64,000 bases of DNA from Macrostomum lignano (Eukaryota), in assembly GCA_002269645.1 (NCBI GenBank), contig NIVC01000201.1, positions 186,001 through 250,000 on the forward strand, written 5' to 3'. The notes beneath the pieces were generated by a model. It saw nothing but the letters and a program-made list of their open reading frames with translations. It was not told the origin of the DNA and did not search any database. This document shows, piece by piece, positions 63,491 to 64,000 of the stretch (within the stretch, counting starts at the first letter, position 1; each line of letters starts with the position of its first letter). Both the position numbers and the translations under genes were made by a program.

Positions 63491-64000
63491 CCATTTTTGA
63501 TTTTGCAACTTACCTTGGCCAGTAGCCATTTTATCTATCTGGTTCGGATAGGTCGGATAGGTGTTGGGCATGTATGATTCCAATTTTCAACATGGCTGGA
63601 ATCTTTGAAAGAAACCGCCAAGTGTTCAGTGGTTTTTTCAGTTGGAAACTCTTCTTTTGGTGGTTTTTTGGGTGGTTTCTTACTGGGCAGGTTTTTTGGC
63701 AGTTTCTTGCACCCAGAACTGTCTAATTGGGAGGATTTTGTGTGTGGGTGGGATCCTTGTATGAAAACATTGGTGTTTCTGCTTGGAATCAGCCAAAGAA
63801 ACAGCCACATTTTGTAGCAGGGATAAAAGGTACTAGCCATAGTTCAGATTATGTATTAGTGTATGCTAGGTTTAATGCTAGAAAAAAATAACAAGACCTT
63901 GTTTGTATGCCAATATAAAAAAATGTTATTTGACTCAATGTATCTGTATGCTAGGATATATCTTAATAAACTCTAAAAAATGTTAAGACCCTTGTTGTAT

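Overview
Eukaryotic (metazoan) genomic DNA: spliceosomal GT-AG introns, GC-rich exons with poly-Ala runs, and a very high load of micro- and minisatellites, MITEs and tRNA-derived SINEs. The style resembles a free-living flatworm such as Macrostomum, but that is inference only. Gene models below were reconstructed by hand, checking splice phase. They are: a 2-exon orphan 7TM GPCR (3832-6024 +); a 2-exon helical protein with faint SPACA9 resemblance (11254-12323 -); a 6-exon PLD3/PLD4-type nuclease (14291-19758 -); an intronless divergent nicotinic-type Cys-loop channel (23248-24636 +); tRNA-Asn(GTT); a multi-LRAT/NlpC-P60 pseudogene (27150-29947 +); a giant ankyrin-repeat gene (31256-36432 +); a 3-exon fusion of 18 ankyrin repeats to a Mab-21/cGAS-like nucleotidyltransferase (36914-41357 -); a compact secreted prepropeptide with an acidic pro-piece and a 62-aa (RRRIF)n polycation (44380-44802 -); a POLDIP3/SKAR-like gene (47656-55548 -); and decayed coding remnants near 59-63 kb. 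The two best candidates for new biology are the ankyrin-cGLR fusion and the Arg/aromatic secreted precursor. Together with the PLD3, LRAT and ankyrin genes they may form an innate-immune neighbourhood, which is a hypothesis. Most ORFs in the supplied track are artefacts of tandem repeats or antisense shadows. No database searches were run; family calls rest on motif recognition.
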